From Candidatus Micrarchaeota archaeon (GTDB taxonomy: Archaea; Micrarchaeota; Micrarchaeia; Micrarchaeales; CABMGC01), in NCBI GenBank assembly GCA_021851065.1, contig JAJZJQ010000001.1, positions 9,640 to 73,639 of the forward strand: DNA of 64,000 nucleotides. The letters run 5' to 3'. Positions 53,421 through 62,907 of this stretch are shown here, piece after piece (within the stretch, counting starts at the first letter, position 1; each line of letters begins with the position of its first letter). A program made the translations under genes and the position numbers. The notes under the pieces were generated by a model, which made no database searches, was not told where the DNA came from, and saw only the letters and a program-made list of their open reading frames with translations.

Positions 53421-56400
53421 ATGCCAAGTCGCATAATAGTCGGATTCAGAGATGGGGAATCTGATCCGCTGGGCAGCAGCCTTGAGAAGACCATCAGAAA
53501 CTTCCTTGGGATAAATGCAGAGTCGGTCAGGACAAGGAGAGTATATACAATATATGCAGACCTTGGCAGGGAAGAGATAGAATCGCTTGAGAAGGATCTC
53601 TTCGTGGATCCAGTGACTGAGTGCTCAGTGAGGGATATCGATGGCAGATTTGACTGGCTCATAGAAGTGGAATATAAGCCTGGAGTCACAAACCCTGTCG
53701 GCAAGACTGCAGCAGAGGCTGTCAGCAGAATGGTAAACAAGGAGATAGACATAGAAGGAGGGGTGTCTACTTCGCTGCAATATCTGATTAGCGGAATAGG
53801 CAGAGGCGAGGCGCAGGCAATTGCGGCAAGGCTGCTCTCAAACCAGGTCATAGAGAATGCAAGAGTATTGGGCAGGGAAGAGATAGGCGCAGATGGCATA
53901 CCAATACTGCAGCAGGACATGGGCATGGAGCATAGGCCGGAAGTGAAGGCAGTGGACCTAGCTGTGAGCGATGAGAAGCTCATGGAGATAAGCAGGAATG
54001 GGGTGCTGGCACTAAGCCTTGCTGAAATGAAGGTGATACAGAAGTACTCGCAGTATGGCAGTGTGATAAAGGAGAGGGAAAGCATAGGCATGGACAGCCA
54101 GTTCCTAGGTAAGCTTACTGATGTGGAGCTCGAAGTAGTTGCACAGACACAATCAGAGCACTGCAAGCACAAGATATTCAACGGGATAGTAAATTATGCA
54201 GAGCAGAATGGTGTTGTTGAAGTCATAGACGGTCTGTTTGGGACGTGCATAAAGGCGCCTGCAAGGGAGTTAATGGGCAGGTATAAATGGATAATATCCG
54301 CTTTCGATGACAATGCAGGGATAGTTGATGTGGGTGGCGGAATAGTCGTAGCGGACAAGATAGAGACGCACAATGCGCCTTCTGCCCTAGACCCATATGG
54401 TGGTGCAATCACAGGCATACTTGGCGTGAACAGGGATATACTTGGGGCAGGAATAGGTGCAAGACCAATGTTCAATGTTTTTGGATACTGCTTTGGAGAC
54501 CCATTCCACAGCAAGGCGCTGATGGGAGGAGTGCTGCATCCCGCAAGGATACGCAATGGGGTTCACAGGGGCGTTATAGACGGGGGGAACCAGAGCGGCA
54601 TTGCCTTGATGGATGGATTTGAGGTGTTCGATGAGCGCTTCGGATTCAGGCCACTTGTGTACTGCGGCACGATAGGAACAATGCCAAAGACGGTAAACGC
54701 AAGACAGTCTGACCTGAAGAAGGCCATGCCAGGTGACCTTGCCGTAATGGTCGGAGGCAGGATAGGCAAGGATGGAATACATGGGGCAACATTCTCATCG
54801 GCAGAGCTCAACAAGGACTCCCCAGTGCAGGCAGTACAGATAGGGGACTCCATAACTCAAAAGAAGATGCTTGATTTCCTGATAGAGGCCAGGGACAGAG
54901 GGCTTTATAGCAGCATAACCGACAATGGAGCTGGAGGGCTGTCGTCTTCTATTGGGGAAATGGCCAAAGACACCAACGGATGCATAATAGATCTCAAGAA
55001 GGCTCCGCTTAAGTACCGTGGGCTTATGCCATGGGAGATAATCGTATCTGAGTCGCAGGAGCGCATGACAGTTGCAGTGGATCCCTCCAAGATAGGTGAG
55101 TTCACAGAACTAGCGGGACTGAGGGGAGTCGAAGCTACTGCCCTTGGAAGGTTCACAGATAGCGGCAGATTCCATGCAATGTACGGGGACATGACGGTGG
55201 CTTACCTGGACATGGATTTCATGCACAAGGGTTTCCCCAGAATGGAGCTTGTGGCCAGATGGAAAGAGGTGGCCAGAGAGGAGCCGCGGTTCCTGCAGCC
55301 AGATGACCTTGGAAGCGTTCTGGAATGCATGCTTGCAAGGCTCAACATATGCTCAAAGGAGTATAAGATGAGGCAATATGATCACGAAGTCAAGGGCCTT
55401 AGCATTGTGAAGCCTTTCGTAGGAAAGCAGGCAGATGTTAGCAGCGATGCTACAGTAGCGCTTCTGGGATACGCAAGAAAAGATGGGCTAGTAGTCTCAC
55501 ACGGTATAAACCCGCACTATTCAGACATAGATACTTATTGGATGGCTGCTTCGGTGATAGACGAAGCCATACGCAGGGCCATTGCAACAGGATGCAAGCT
55601 GCCTGATGAGGACAACATAATGTATGCCCTTGACAATTTCTGCTGGAACCTTTCATCGCTGGATTCTGATGACGGGCACTTCAAGATGGCGCAGCTTGTG
55701 AGGGCAAACAAAGCCCTTGCAGAGTATTGCAGGGCGTTCAAGGTGCCGTGCATCTCGGGCAAGGACAGCATGAAGAATGTATGGAGAGGGGAAGAGACGA
55801 TAGATGGCAAGACCGTTGAAAAGACAATATCCATACCCCCGACATTGCTATTCTCTGTAAGAGCGAGGATCGAAGATGTAAGCAAGGCGGTTACAATGGA
55901 CGTGAAGAATGATGGAGACGCAGTATACGTTCTTGGAGAGACATACGATGAGCTTGGCGCCTCGGAGTACTTCGCATATGTCGGGGAGAAGGCAGCAGAG
56001 AAGATGGTGGGAAATAATGTGCCAAAAGTGGATGCTGTCAAGGCAATTAAGACGTACTCTGCATTGAGCGCTGCGATAGAAAAAGGACTCGTGTCCTCTG
56101 CACATACGCCCACCCTGGGAGGCCTGGGTGTAGCTATGGCGCAATCGGCTTTCGCAGGAGGATACGGAATTGAAGCAGACCTGCGCAAGGTGCCGTATCT
56201 TGGGGAGAGGCGCGATGACTATATTCTGTTCTCGCAGTCGAACAGCAGGTTCATCGTAACAGTACCAAGCACAAAGTGCAGCGAATTCGAGGGCATGATG
56301 GATGGCACGGCATATGCGAGGATAGGGACTGTGACTCGGAGCACGAGGCTCAAGGTTACTGGCCTTGGAGGCACAGTGGTGATAGACTCAGACATACAAG

Positions 56401-56441
56401 CGCTCAAGGAATCGTGGAAGGGAACATTGGAGGGGATGTGA
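53421..56441 (+). CDS. purL: FGAM synthase PurL with two N-terminal PurS-like repeats (PurS-PurS-PurL fusion)
   Basis: 1006 aa; the PurL core starts near QSEHCKHKIF; ~170 extra N-terminal aa form two ~75-aa PurS-like units (IIVGFRDGESDPLGSSLEKTI... and IEVEYKPGVTNPVGKTAAEAV...). Confidence 0.85.
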   Translation: MPSRIIVGFRDGESDPLGSSLEKTIRNFLGINAESVRTRRVYTIYADLGREEIESLEKDLFVDPVTECSVRDIDGRFDWLIEVEYKPGVTNPVGKTAAEAVSRMVNKEIDIEGGVSTSLQYLISGIGRGEAQAIAARLLSNQVIENARVLGREEIGADGIPILQQDMGMEHRPEVKAVDLAVSDEKLMEISRNGVLALSLAEMKVIQKYSQYGSVIKERESIGMDSQFLGKLTDVELEVVAQTQSEHCKHKIFNGIVNYAEQNGVVEVIDGLFGTCIKAPARELMGRYKWIISAFDDNAGIVDVGGGIVVADKIETHNAPSALDPYGGAITGILGVNRDILGAGIGARPMFNVFGYCFGDPFHSKALMGGVLHPARIRNGVHRGVIDGGNQSGIALMDGFEVFDERFGFRPLVYCGTIGTMPKTVNARQSDLKKAMPGDLAVMVGGRIGKDGIHGATFSSAELNKDSPVQAVQIGDSITQKKMLDFLIEARDRGLYSSITDNGAGGLSSSIGEMAKDTNGCIIDLKKAPLKYRGLMPWEIIVSESQERMTVAVDPSKIGEFTELAGLRGVEATALGRFTDSGRFHAMYGDMTVAYLDMDFMHKGFPRMELVARWKEVAREEPRFLQPDDLGSVLECMLARLNICSKEYKMRQYDHEVKGLSIVKPFVGKQADVSSDATVALLGYARKDGLVVSHGINPHYSDIDTYWMAASVIDEAIRRAIATGCKLPDEDNIMYALDNFCWNLSSLDSDDGHFKMAQLVRANKALAEYCRAFKVPCISGKDSMKNVWRGEETIDGKTVEKTISIPPTLLFSVRARIEDVSKAVTMDVKNDGDAVYVLGETYDELGASEYFAYVGEKAAEKMVGNNVPKVDAVKAIKTYSALSAAIEKGLVSSAHTPTLGGLGVAMAQSAFAGGYGIEADLRKVPYLGERRDDYILFSQSNSRFIVTVPSTKCSEFEGMMDGTAYARIGTVTRSTRLKVTGLGGTVVIDSDIQALKESWKGTLEGM

Positions 56442-57263
56442 ATGGCAGATAAGAGGCCTAGAGTTCTTGTGCCCACTGGATATGGGCTTAACTGCGAAGA
56501 AGAGACAGCATATGGATACAGGCTTGCCGGTGCTGATGCAGATATAGTACACATAAATGATGTGATATCCAGCCCCAAGATGCTGGAGGACTACCACATA
56601 CTTGCACTGATAGGCGGCTTTGCTGATGGAGACCATATAGCTTCTGGCAAAGTCCATGCGAACAGGCTCAAGTACAGGCTTGGCGGGGCAATCGAGGAGT
56701 TCATAGAAAACGGAAAGCTGGTGATAGGGGTCTGCAACGGATTCCAGACTATGGTAAAGTATGGTCTCCTGCCAGCTATTGACAATAGGTATAGAACCGA
56801 AACTGTGACCCTTACTTACAATGACTCCGGTAAGTTCGAGGACAGATGGGTGCACCTTTTGGCCAATTCGGATTCTAAGTGCGTGTGGACAAGGAACGTG
56901 GGCGCCATCAGCCTCCCGGTAAGGCACGGAGAGGGCAAGCTTAGGGCTGGGAGCGGGGATGTGATGGAAACGATAGTAGAGGAGAAACTCGATGCGCTGC
57001 ACTACATAAACCCACATACGCAAGAGATTGCAAAGGAATCAGATTACCCATATAACCCAAATGGCTCTGCCATGTCCATCGCAGGCTTATGCGACCCGAC
57101 TGGCAGGGTGTTTGGCATGATGCCCCACTGGGAGGCATATCTGTCGCCGTACAACCATCCGCTCTGGCAGAGGCTTAGGGCAGCCGGAAAGCTCCCTGAG
57201 CAGGGCCTGGGCCTTAAGATAGGTATGAATGGAGTTGAATATGCGCGTGAGAAACTTCTATAG
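56442..57263 (+). CDS. purQ: FGAM synthase glutaminase subunit
   Basis: 273 aa; catalytic Cys in GVCNGFQ and His in MMPHWE; ATG abuts the purL TGA. Confidence 0.9.
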   Translation: MADKRPRVLVPTGYGLNCEEETAYGYRLAGADADIVHINDVISSPKMLEDYHILALIGGFADGDHIASGKVHANRLKYRLGGAIEEFIENGKLVIGVCNGFQTMVKYGLLPAIDNRYRTETVTLTYNDSGKFEDRWVHLLANSDSKCVWTRNVGAISLPVRHGEGKLRAGSGDVMETIVEEKLDALHYINPHTQEIAKESDYPYNPNGSAMSIAGLCDPTGRVFGMMPHWEAYLSPYNHPLWQRLRAAGKLPEQGLGLKIGMNGVEYAREKLL

Positions 57264-58889
57264 TTGATCTATGTGGCAAGGGAGCTAACCTATCTTGATG
57301 TCGTACCTGAAGCAGCGAAGGAACAGCTCTCTAGGACATGGGGGGATGCAAAATCCAGGACATTCGCAGTTGCTAAAAAGCATGGCATAAAAATAGAGCA
57401 GGAAAAGTCATTCAATAAGGCAGTGGTTTTCACGCTTGGCGCAGGTTACTATCACCTCGTGTCTGGAGCAGCATCCATGGAAGACGCCGCGCAGACGGAG
57501 GATGTCGTCAGCAGGGTAAACGGGCTCATAGAGCATATGGCAGGCAGTGAGAGGAGGCGTGGACTTGTGCCTTTGTTCGGATCCAATATCTGTGACTGGG
57601 ATTCGGCATATGCGCAGCGGGTTGGAGCAAGCGCGAAAATGAGGGATGAGATAATCAGGTCATGCACTGCAAATGATATCGTGCTGGTAGGTGGAGAAAC
57701 GGCGAACATCGGTGAACAGTTGCGCAAAAAGGGAATAGGATGGACATTCACCCTGCTAAGCAGATATGATGGCGAGGTAGGCCGAGCTGTTGCGTATGGC
57801 GGAATGGACCTTGAACTTGAGAGTACATTTGGCTTCATAGAGGAGAAGGAGTTCTTCGAGGTGGTGAACGCAGGCGGCATGCCCCTGCTGCATGTTAGGA
57901 AACCGTCCAGGTTTATGATAACTGCAGACGGATCCGGATCAAAATCAATAGTGTGCGACCTCATCGGCAATAGAACGGATATAGAGGATACTCTTGCAAG
58001 CGCAGGGGATGATCCCACAAGGGATGGTGCCTTTCCTGTGATAGCGAGCATATGCGTCCATGCCCACGGCCCAGAGGGCAAGATACAGATGGTAGAGCAT
58101 ATGAACAAGGCAGGCATGAAGTACCGAATACCGCTTGTGGGATCGCTTTTCCATGAAGCGAAAACGGTTTATACCTACACAATGAACGGCACGGTACTTA
58201 GCAGGGTGAAGGCGGACTACAGGCAGGAAGAGCTTTGCGCAGGGCTGCGCCTTGTGCTTCTCTACGAGGAGCAGAGATCCAACGGCATAACGCTTCAAAG
58301 GAGGGTGTTAGAGAACGCATTCGGACAAGAATGGTACAGCGTCAAGGCATCTGACGCATTGGACAGGATAAAAAGCGAACTGGGATATGGAGAGAGTTTG
58401 CCTAAGACAGACAAGACACTTGGCGAACTTGTAGCCAGGCCCCCGACCCCGTATTTCAGGATAGACTCGCTGATGCCAGATAGCCTGCTTGCTTCGATAA
58501 GACTCAGAATAAATGTCTCCAGCGGAGGCATTGTAGGCAAGACCAGAAGAGTGCTTGAGCCGCTGGGTCTTGGCGCAGAATACGACAACATCTTTGATGC
58601 GCCTATGCTTATATTGCTCCTTCAGATGTCTAGCAGGCTAGGCAACTCGAAAGGAGTTGTTACTGATAGAGTAAGCTACCATACATGGGGATGTGGAACA
58701 GGTGCAGTGATAGCCACCACTGAGCCTGAAAGAATTGCGGATTACTACAGGAAAAACGGGGTGGATGCAAAGGTCGGGGGCAGGATAACAGATGATGATG
58801 GCATCAGGTTATGGTCAAGATGCTTCGACTCCATGCACAGCAAGCCGCATGTTCTGGATTACAGGTACTCCGAAAGCCCGATAGGATGA
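57264..58889 (+). CDS. divergent AIR synthetase (PurM-like) with an apparently duplicated N-domain
   Basis: 541 aa (PurM is usually ~340); TTG start abutting the purQ stop; aa ~215-541 align by eye to PurM (ADGSGSKS, SNGITLQRRVL, SSGGIVGKTRRVL, WGCGTGAVIAT); aa ~5-200 look like a second PurM N-domain bearing VGGETANIG. Confidence 0.65.
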   Translation: MIYVARELTYLDVVPEAAKEQLSRTWGDAKSRTFAVAKKHGIKIEQEKSFNKAVVFTLGAGYYHLVSGAASMEDAAQTEDVVSRVNGLIEHMAGSERRRGLVPLFGSNICDWDSAYAQRVGASAKMRDEIIRSCTANDIVLVGGETANIGEQLRKKGIGWTFTLLSRYDGEVGRAVAYGGMDLELESTFGFIEEKEFFEVVNAGGMPLLHVRKPSRFMITADGSGSKSIVCDLIGNRTDIEDTLASAGDDPTRDGAFPVIASICVHAHGPEGKIQMVEHMNKAGMKYRIPLVGSLFHEAKTVYTYTMNGTVLSRVKADYRQEELCAGLRLVLLYEEQRSNGITLQRRVLENAFGQEWYSVKASDALDRIKSELGYGESLPKTDKTLGELVARPPTPYFRIDSLMPDSLLASIRLRINVSSGGIVGKTRRVLEPLGLGAEYDNIFDAPMLILLLQMSSRLGNSKGVVTDRVSYHTWGCGTGAVIATTEPERIADYYRKNGVDAKVGGRITDDDGIRLWSRCFDSMHSKPHVLDYRYSESPIG

Positions 58890-58895
58890 TCAGTC

Positions 58896-60281
58896 CTAAA
58901 GCTCATCCATGCGCCTTGCCCACCTGTCAGCTACATGCTCGGCTTTCTTCGATGCTATGCCAACGTACCTTGACGGGTCCCTCACAACGGCCATCTGCCT
59001 TTCTGTGAATTTCTTCAGGTAAGGCTGCAGGCTCCTGTCATTAAGCACTATCTCTGTAAGAGGCCTGCCTGTTTTATAGGACTCGTCTGCAAGCCTGCCG
59101 ACATATTCATGAGAATTTGGATGGCCGTATGCAGACAACAGCAGGTGCAGCGGCTCGGCAAGAGCCTTGTCAGACGACATATTGAAGTTCCTTAGCATGT
59201 TCTGGCGGTGAGCCTGAAGGCTGGCGGATATCCTTATGGCCCTTCTCACAGAGTAGTCGAACTGGTCCAGCACCTGAGGTATGTAGCGCTGCGATGCAGA
59301 GTTGGTAAGGTCGCGCTGGTGATCTGATATCTGGTCCAGGCTCACCATTACAAGGTATGGCATCGTCGCCTTCCAAAGACTCTTGATGTTCTCAAGGCCC
59401 ACGGGATTTGCCTTGTGGGGCATTGTCGACGACCTTGATATGTCCTTGCCCCTGGGTTGCCCTACCTCAGCTATCTCTGGCCTCTGCAGGTTCCTTAGAT
59501 CATCAGCCCAGTTGGCCAGTATGGTGAAGCTGCTTATTGTGTGGTGCATCAGGTCCGCCATTGGCTCCTGCTGCACTATCTGGGTGGATATCTCCGTAGG
59601 CTTCAGGCCCAGTTCACTTAGCACCTCGCCCTCGAACTTTTCAGGATCGTCGACGAACAGGGACGATGCGTTGTATGCGCCAACTGCGCCTGAGAACTTG
59701 CCGCACAAACTGGCTGAGGCCTCCTTTATCTTTAGTATCTGGCTTCCAAGCCTGCTTACATACCATGCAACCGCAAACCCGAAAGTTATTGGTTCTGCAT
59801 GCTGCAGGTGAGTCCTGCCTATCTGAAGCGTGTCTTTCTCCCTTCTTGCAATATCTATCCAGGCCCGCTCAAGAGCCACCATGTCGGGCAGTATAACGCT
59901 GTCAAATGCGTCCCTGTATCGCAGCACGTTGGCGGAGTCAACTATGTCATATGAAGTTGCAGTCCTGTGCACCCCGGCAGCGGCCTCCTTGCTCACTCCT
60001 TTTCTGATAACGTTTACCTGCGCTATTATGTCGTGGCCTACCTTGGCCTCCTCCTCGTATACGTCCCTTGCCCTGACGTGCTCGGATGCCTTCTTTATCT
60101 GGGCTGCGGATTCGCTGCTTATTATGCCCCTGCTGGCCAGCACAGATGCAAGCGCGGCCTCTACCTTGGATTTGTATTTGACATATGCCTCCTCAGACAG
60201 GTATGGGGAGAGCTCCTTGACATGATACCTGTAGTCGGATGGAGAGACGAGATCGTATATCGAGATATTCTCCTCTGTCAA
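58896..60281 (-). CDS. purB: adenylosuccinate lyase
   Basis: 461 aa; fumarate-lyase signature SSTMPHKANP. Confidence 0.9.
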   Translation of the reverse strand: MTEENISIYDLVSPSDYRYHVKELSPYLSEEAYVKYKSKVEAALASVLASRGIISSESAAQIKKASEHVRARDVYEEEAKVGHDIIAQVNVIRKGVSKEAAAGVHRTATSYDIVDSANVLRYRDAFDSVILPDMVALERAWIDIARREKDTLQIGRTHLQHAEPITFGFAVAWYVSRLGSQILKIKEASASLCGKFSGAVGAYNASSLFVDDPEKFEGEVLSELGLKPTEISTQIVQQEPMADLMHHTISSFTILANWADDLRNLQRPEIAEVGQPRGKDISRSSTMPHKANPVGLENIKSLWKATMPYLVMVSLDQISDHQRDLTNSASQRYIPQVLDQFDYSVRRAIRISASLQAHRQNMLRNFNMSSDKALAEPLHLLLSAYGHPNSHEYVGRLADESYKTGRPLTEIVLNDRSLQPYLKKFTERQMAVVRDPSRYVGIASKKAEHVADRWARRMDEL

Positions 60282-60285
60282 TGGA

Positions 60286-61194
60286 TCACCTGAATTGCTG
60301 CCCGGTAATGGCCTCGAATAGAGCTACATACATATCGCTGACCTGCTTTACCATATCTTGCGGGAGCGCAGGTATTGGAGGCTCCTCGCCTTTTTCCTGC
60401 CTTGCCCTCATGAGCTGCGCGTGGTATCCCGAATTTCTGTAGAATTGCCTTACGAATTCCTTGCTCCTCTCAACATACCTGCCCTGCTCGAACTCCTTTG
60501 CGTCCCAGAACCTGTCCTCGTCTGCGGTGCCAAACGTGTCTATGACCATAAGCTTCCTGTCCTTATCGAATGCGAACTCCTTCTTGCCGTCCACATGCAT
60601 AAGGCCGCGTTTCGCCACTCTTGAACTTATGTGGCCGTCGATCTTCAGGCACAGCTCCTTCATGTCGGCGTACTCAGTCTCAGTCAGCCCGGAGATTTTA
60701 AGCGCCTCGTCTTTTGACAGATTCCTGTCCACCTTCTCCAGCTTTGTAGTGACCTCGAAGAAAGGCTCCGCAAGCGGCTCTGCCTGTTTCACCTGGTGCC
60801 CCGTAGCGAAACCAAGTTGCTCGGGCTTTATCTGTGCGCTCTTCACCCTGTCCCATAGCGAGCCGTACACGTAGTAGCGCGTTATGACCTCGAGAGGTAT
60901 GAGGTAGTTTCTTGTGTCCGGACCCAGCGTGGAATAGTCGCGTATCACATCCACCTTCTTCACCCGCATCCGGTTGGGCGGGTCGAGCCTTAGAAAGTGC
61001 ACGGGTATGCCATTCTCCTTTAGCACGTTGAACCAGTAAGCGCTGGTGCGCGCAAGAGTCTCCCCTTTGTGCGGTATGCTGCTTGGTATTATCTTATCGA
61101 ATACAGATACCCTGTCCGAGAATACGAATTCGAGCTCGTCGGTGCTTATGTCATACACGTCCTTGACCTTGCCGGATCTTATCAGGTTTGCCAT
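60286..61194 (-). CDS. purC: SAICAR synthetase
   Basis: 302 aa; GKVKDVY N-terminus, long-form PurC. Confidence 0.85.
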   Translation of the reverse strand: MANLIRSGKVKDVYDISTDELEFVFSDRVSVFDKIIPSSIPHKGETLARTSAYWFNVLKENGIPVHFLRLDPPNRMRVKKVDVIRDYSTLGPDTRNYLIPLEVITRYYVYGSLWDRVKSAQIKPEQLGFATGHQVKQAEPLAEPFFEVTTKLEKVDRNLSKDEALKISGLTETEYADMKELCLKIDGHISSRVAKRGLMHVDGKKEFAFDKDRKLMVIDTFGTADEDRFWDAKEFEQGRYVERSKEFVRQFYRNSGYHAQLMRARQEKGEEPPIPALPQDMVKQVSDMYVALFEAITGQQFR

Positions 61195-61198
61195 ATTA

Positions 61199-61771
61199 TC
61201 ACTTTTGCGCCTTGGATTTGCGTGAGAGGTATTCCTTGTGCCCCAGCCTCTCTAGCGTTTGGGCTTTTGCCTCCACAGAAGATGCCAGCTCCTTTTGGTG
61301 CTTCTCTAGCTTAATTTGGACCGCCCTGTCGCTGGAGCCTATGATTCTTGCGGCGAGTGTTGCGGCATTTCTTGCTCCGTCTATAGCCACAGTGGCAACA
61401 GGTATGCCGGCAGGCATCTGGACTATGGACAACAGGGAATCGAGGCCATCAAGAGTCTTGAGCTGACGCGGCACGCCTATAACAGGAAGAGCGGTCAGCG
61501 ATGCAACCATCCCAGGAAGATGAGCGGAGCCGCCTGCACAGGCTATAATGACTTTCAACCCCCTTCCTGCTGCGGCCCTTGCGTACTGGTACATCCGCTC
61601 AGGGGTCCTGTGCGCAGATACAACGGTAAGCTCGTAGGGGATGCCAAGCTCCTCGAGCTCATTTGCTGCATCCTGCATGAGAGCGAGGTCTGAATCAGAA
61701 CCCATGATTATGCCAACGATAGCTTTGTCCATACGATCACTATTATTGAGTGGCTCTATATTGATATGCAT
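61199..61771 (-). CDS. purE: N5-CAIR mutase (class I PurE)
   Basis: [28 protein letters not shown]; likely start at the internal Met (61732); ~40-aa charged C-terminal tail. Confidence 0.9.
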   Translation of the reverse strand: MHINIEPLNNSDRMDKAIVGIIMGSDSDLALMQDAANELEELGIPYELTVVSAHRTPERMYQYARAAAGRGLKVIIACAGGSAHLPGMVASLTALPVIGVPRQLKTLDGLDSLLSIVQMPAGIPVATVAIDGARNAATLAARIIGSSDRAVQIKLEKHQKELASSVEAKAQTLERLGHKEYLSRKSKAQK

Positions 61772-62883
61772 TGCCTTGCCATCATGGCCTTTTTAAGCGC
61801 TTCGCTGCGGGTTCTTCCTATGGCTGTAACGTGGCCCATCTTGCGCTCTGGCCTTGTAGCTGCCTTGCCATATATGTGCACAGTTACCCCCGGAATGCGC
61901 AGGGCCTTGTCCATGCCCCTGACTTCTGCCGTGCCAGTTCTTTCGCCAAGGATATTGACCATGACTGCATTTCGGGCTATCATTTCAGTGCTGCCAAGAG
62001 GCAGGCCGGTGACTGCCCTTATGTGCTGCTCGAACTGTGACGTAGCGCATGCTTCTATGGTGTAATGGCCTGAGTTGTGTACCCTTGGAGCTATCTCGTT
62101 TATAAGTATCCTCCCGTCCCTTGTCAAGAACATCTCTATTCCGAAAACGCCGGCGCCTTTTAGGTGGCGCATGGCATTTATCGCAACCCTCTGCGCCCTC
62201 GACCTGGAGGCCATGCTTATGCGCGCCGGAGCTATGGTTGTGTGAAGGATGTTGTTCTCGTGGATGTTCTCGACTACAGGATATGCCGCTATGTCGCCAT
62301 CCATACCCCTGGCCACCATCACAGACAGTTCTTTTGCAAATGGAATGAACTTTTCTGCATACAGCCCATGTCCATTAAGTTTTTCCATTCCTGACTTTAT
62401 CCGTTTTTCGGATCTGATAAGCGCATTGCCGCGGCCGTCGTAACCGCCGTATCTTGCCTTGAGCAGCATTGGATATCCAAGCTTTCGCCCTGCAGATACT
62501 GCATCTTCGCCAGAGCCCACTTCGAGGAACTCGCCCACAGGCAGTCCGCTTCCCTTAAGGAAGCGTTTTTGCACAAGCTTGTCTTTTATTATGCCAAGCG
62601 TACTTGCCGAAGGGTTTACTGGCACGCCCCTGCCAGCCAGGCGCTCTAGGAGTTCTGCGTCGGCCAGCTCCCATTCTATGGTTATGTAGTCTGATCTTCT
62701 TGAGAGTTCCCGCATTGCCTTGCCATTGCCCAGTTGCGCTACAATCTGGCAGTCTGCCACCTGGCCGCCTGGCGAGTTCTGCGTCGGATCAAGCACAGTT
62801 ACTACAAACCCCAGCTTCTTTGCATCGTATGCAAGCATGCGGGCCAACTGCCCACCGCCTACTATCCCTATCCTGTTCTTCAT
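61756..62883 (-). CDS. purK: N5-CAIR synthetase
   Basis: 375 aa; [17 protein letters not shown]-grasp. Confidence 0.9.
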   Translation of the reverse strand: MKNRIGIVGGGQLARMLAYDAKKLGFVVTVLDPTQNSPGGQVADCQIVAQLGNGKAMRELSRRSDYITIEWELADAELLERLAGRGVPVNPSASTLGIIKDKLVQKRFLKGSGLPVGEFLEVGSGEDAVSAGRKLGYPMLLKARYGGYDGRGNALIRSEKRIKSGMEKLNGHGLYAEKFIPFAKELSVMVARGMDGDIAAYPVVENIHENNILHTTIAPARISMASRSRAQRVAINAMRHLKGAGVFGIEMFLTRDGRILINEIAPRVHNSGHYTIEACATSQFEQHIRAVTGLPLGSTEMIARNAVMVNILGERTGTAEVRGMDKALRIPGVTVHIYGKAATRPERKMGHVTAIGRTRSEALKKAMMARQCISI

Positions 62884-62907
62884 GTGAATCAGTTTTATTT
62901 TAAACTG

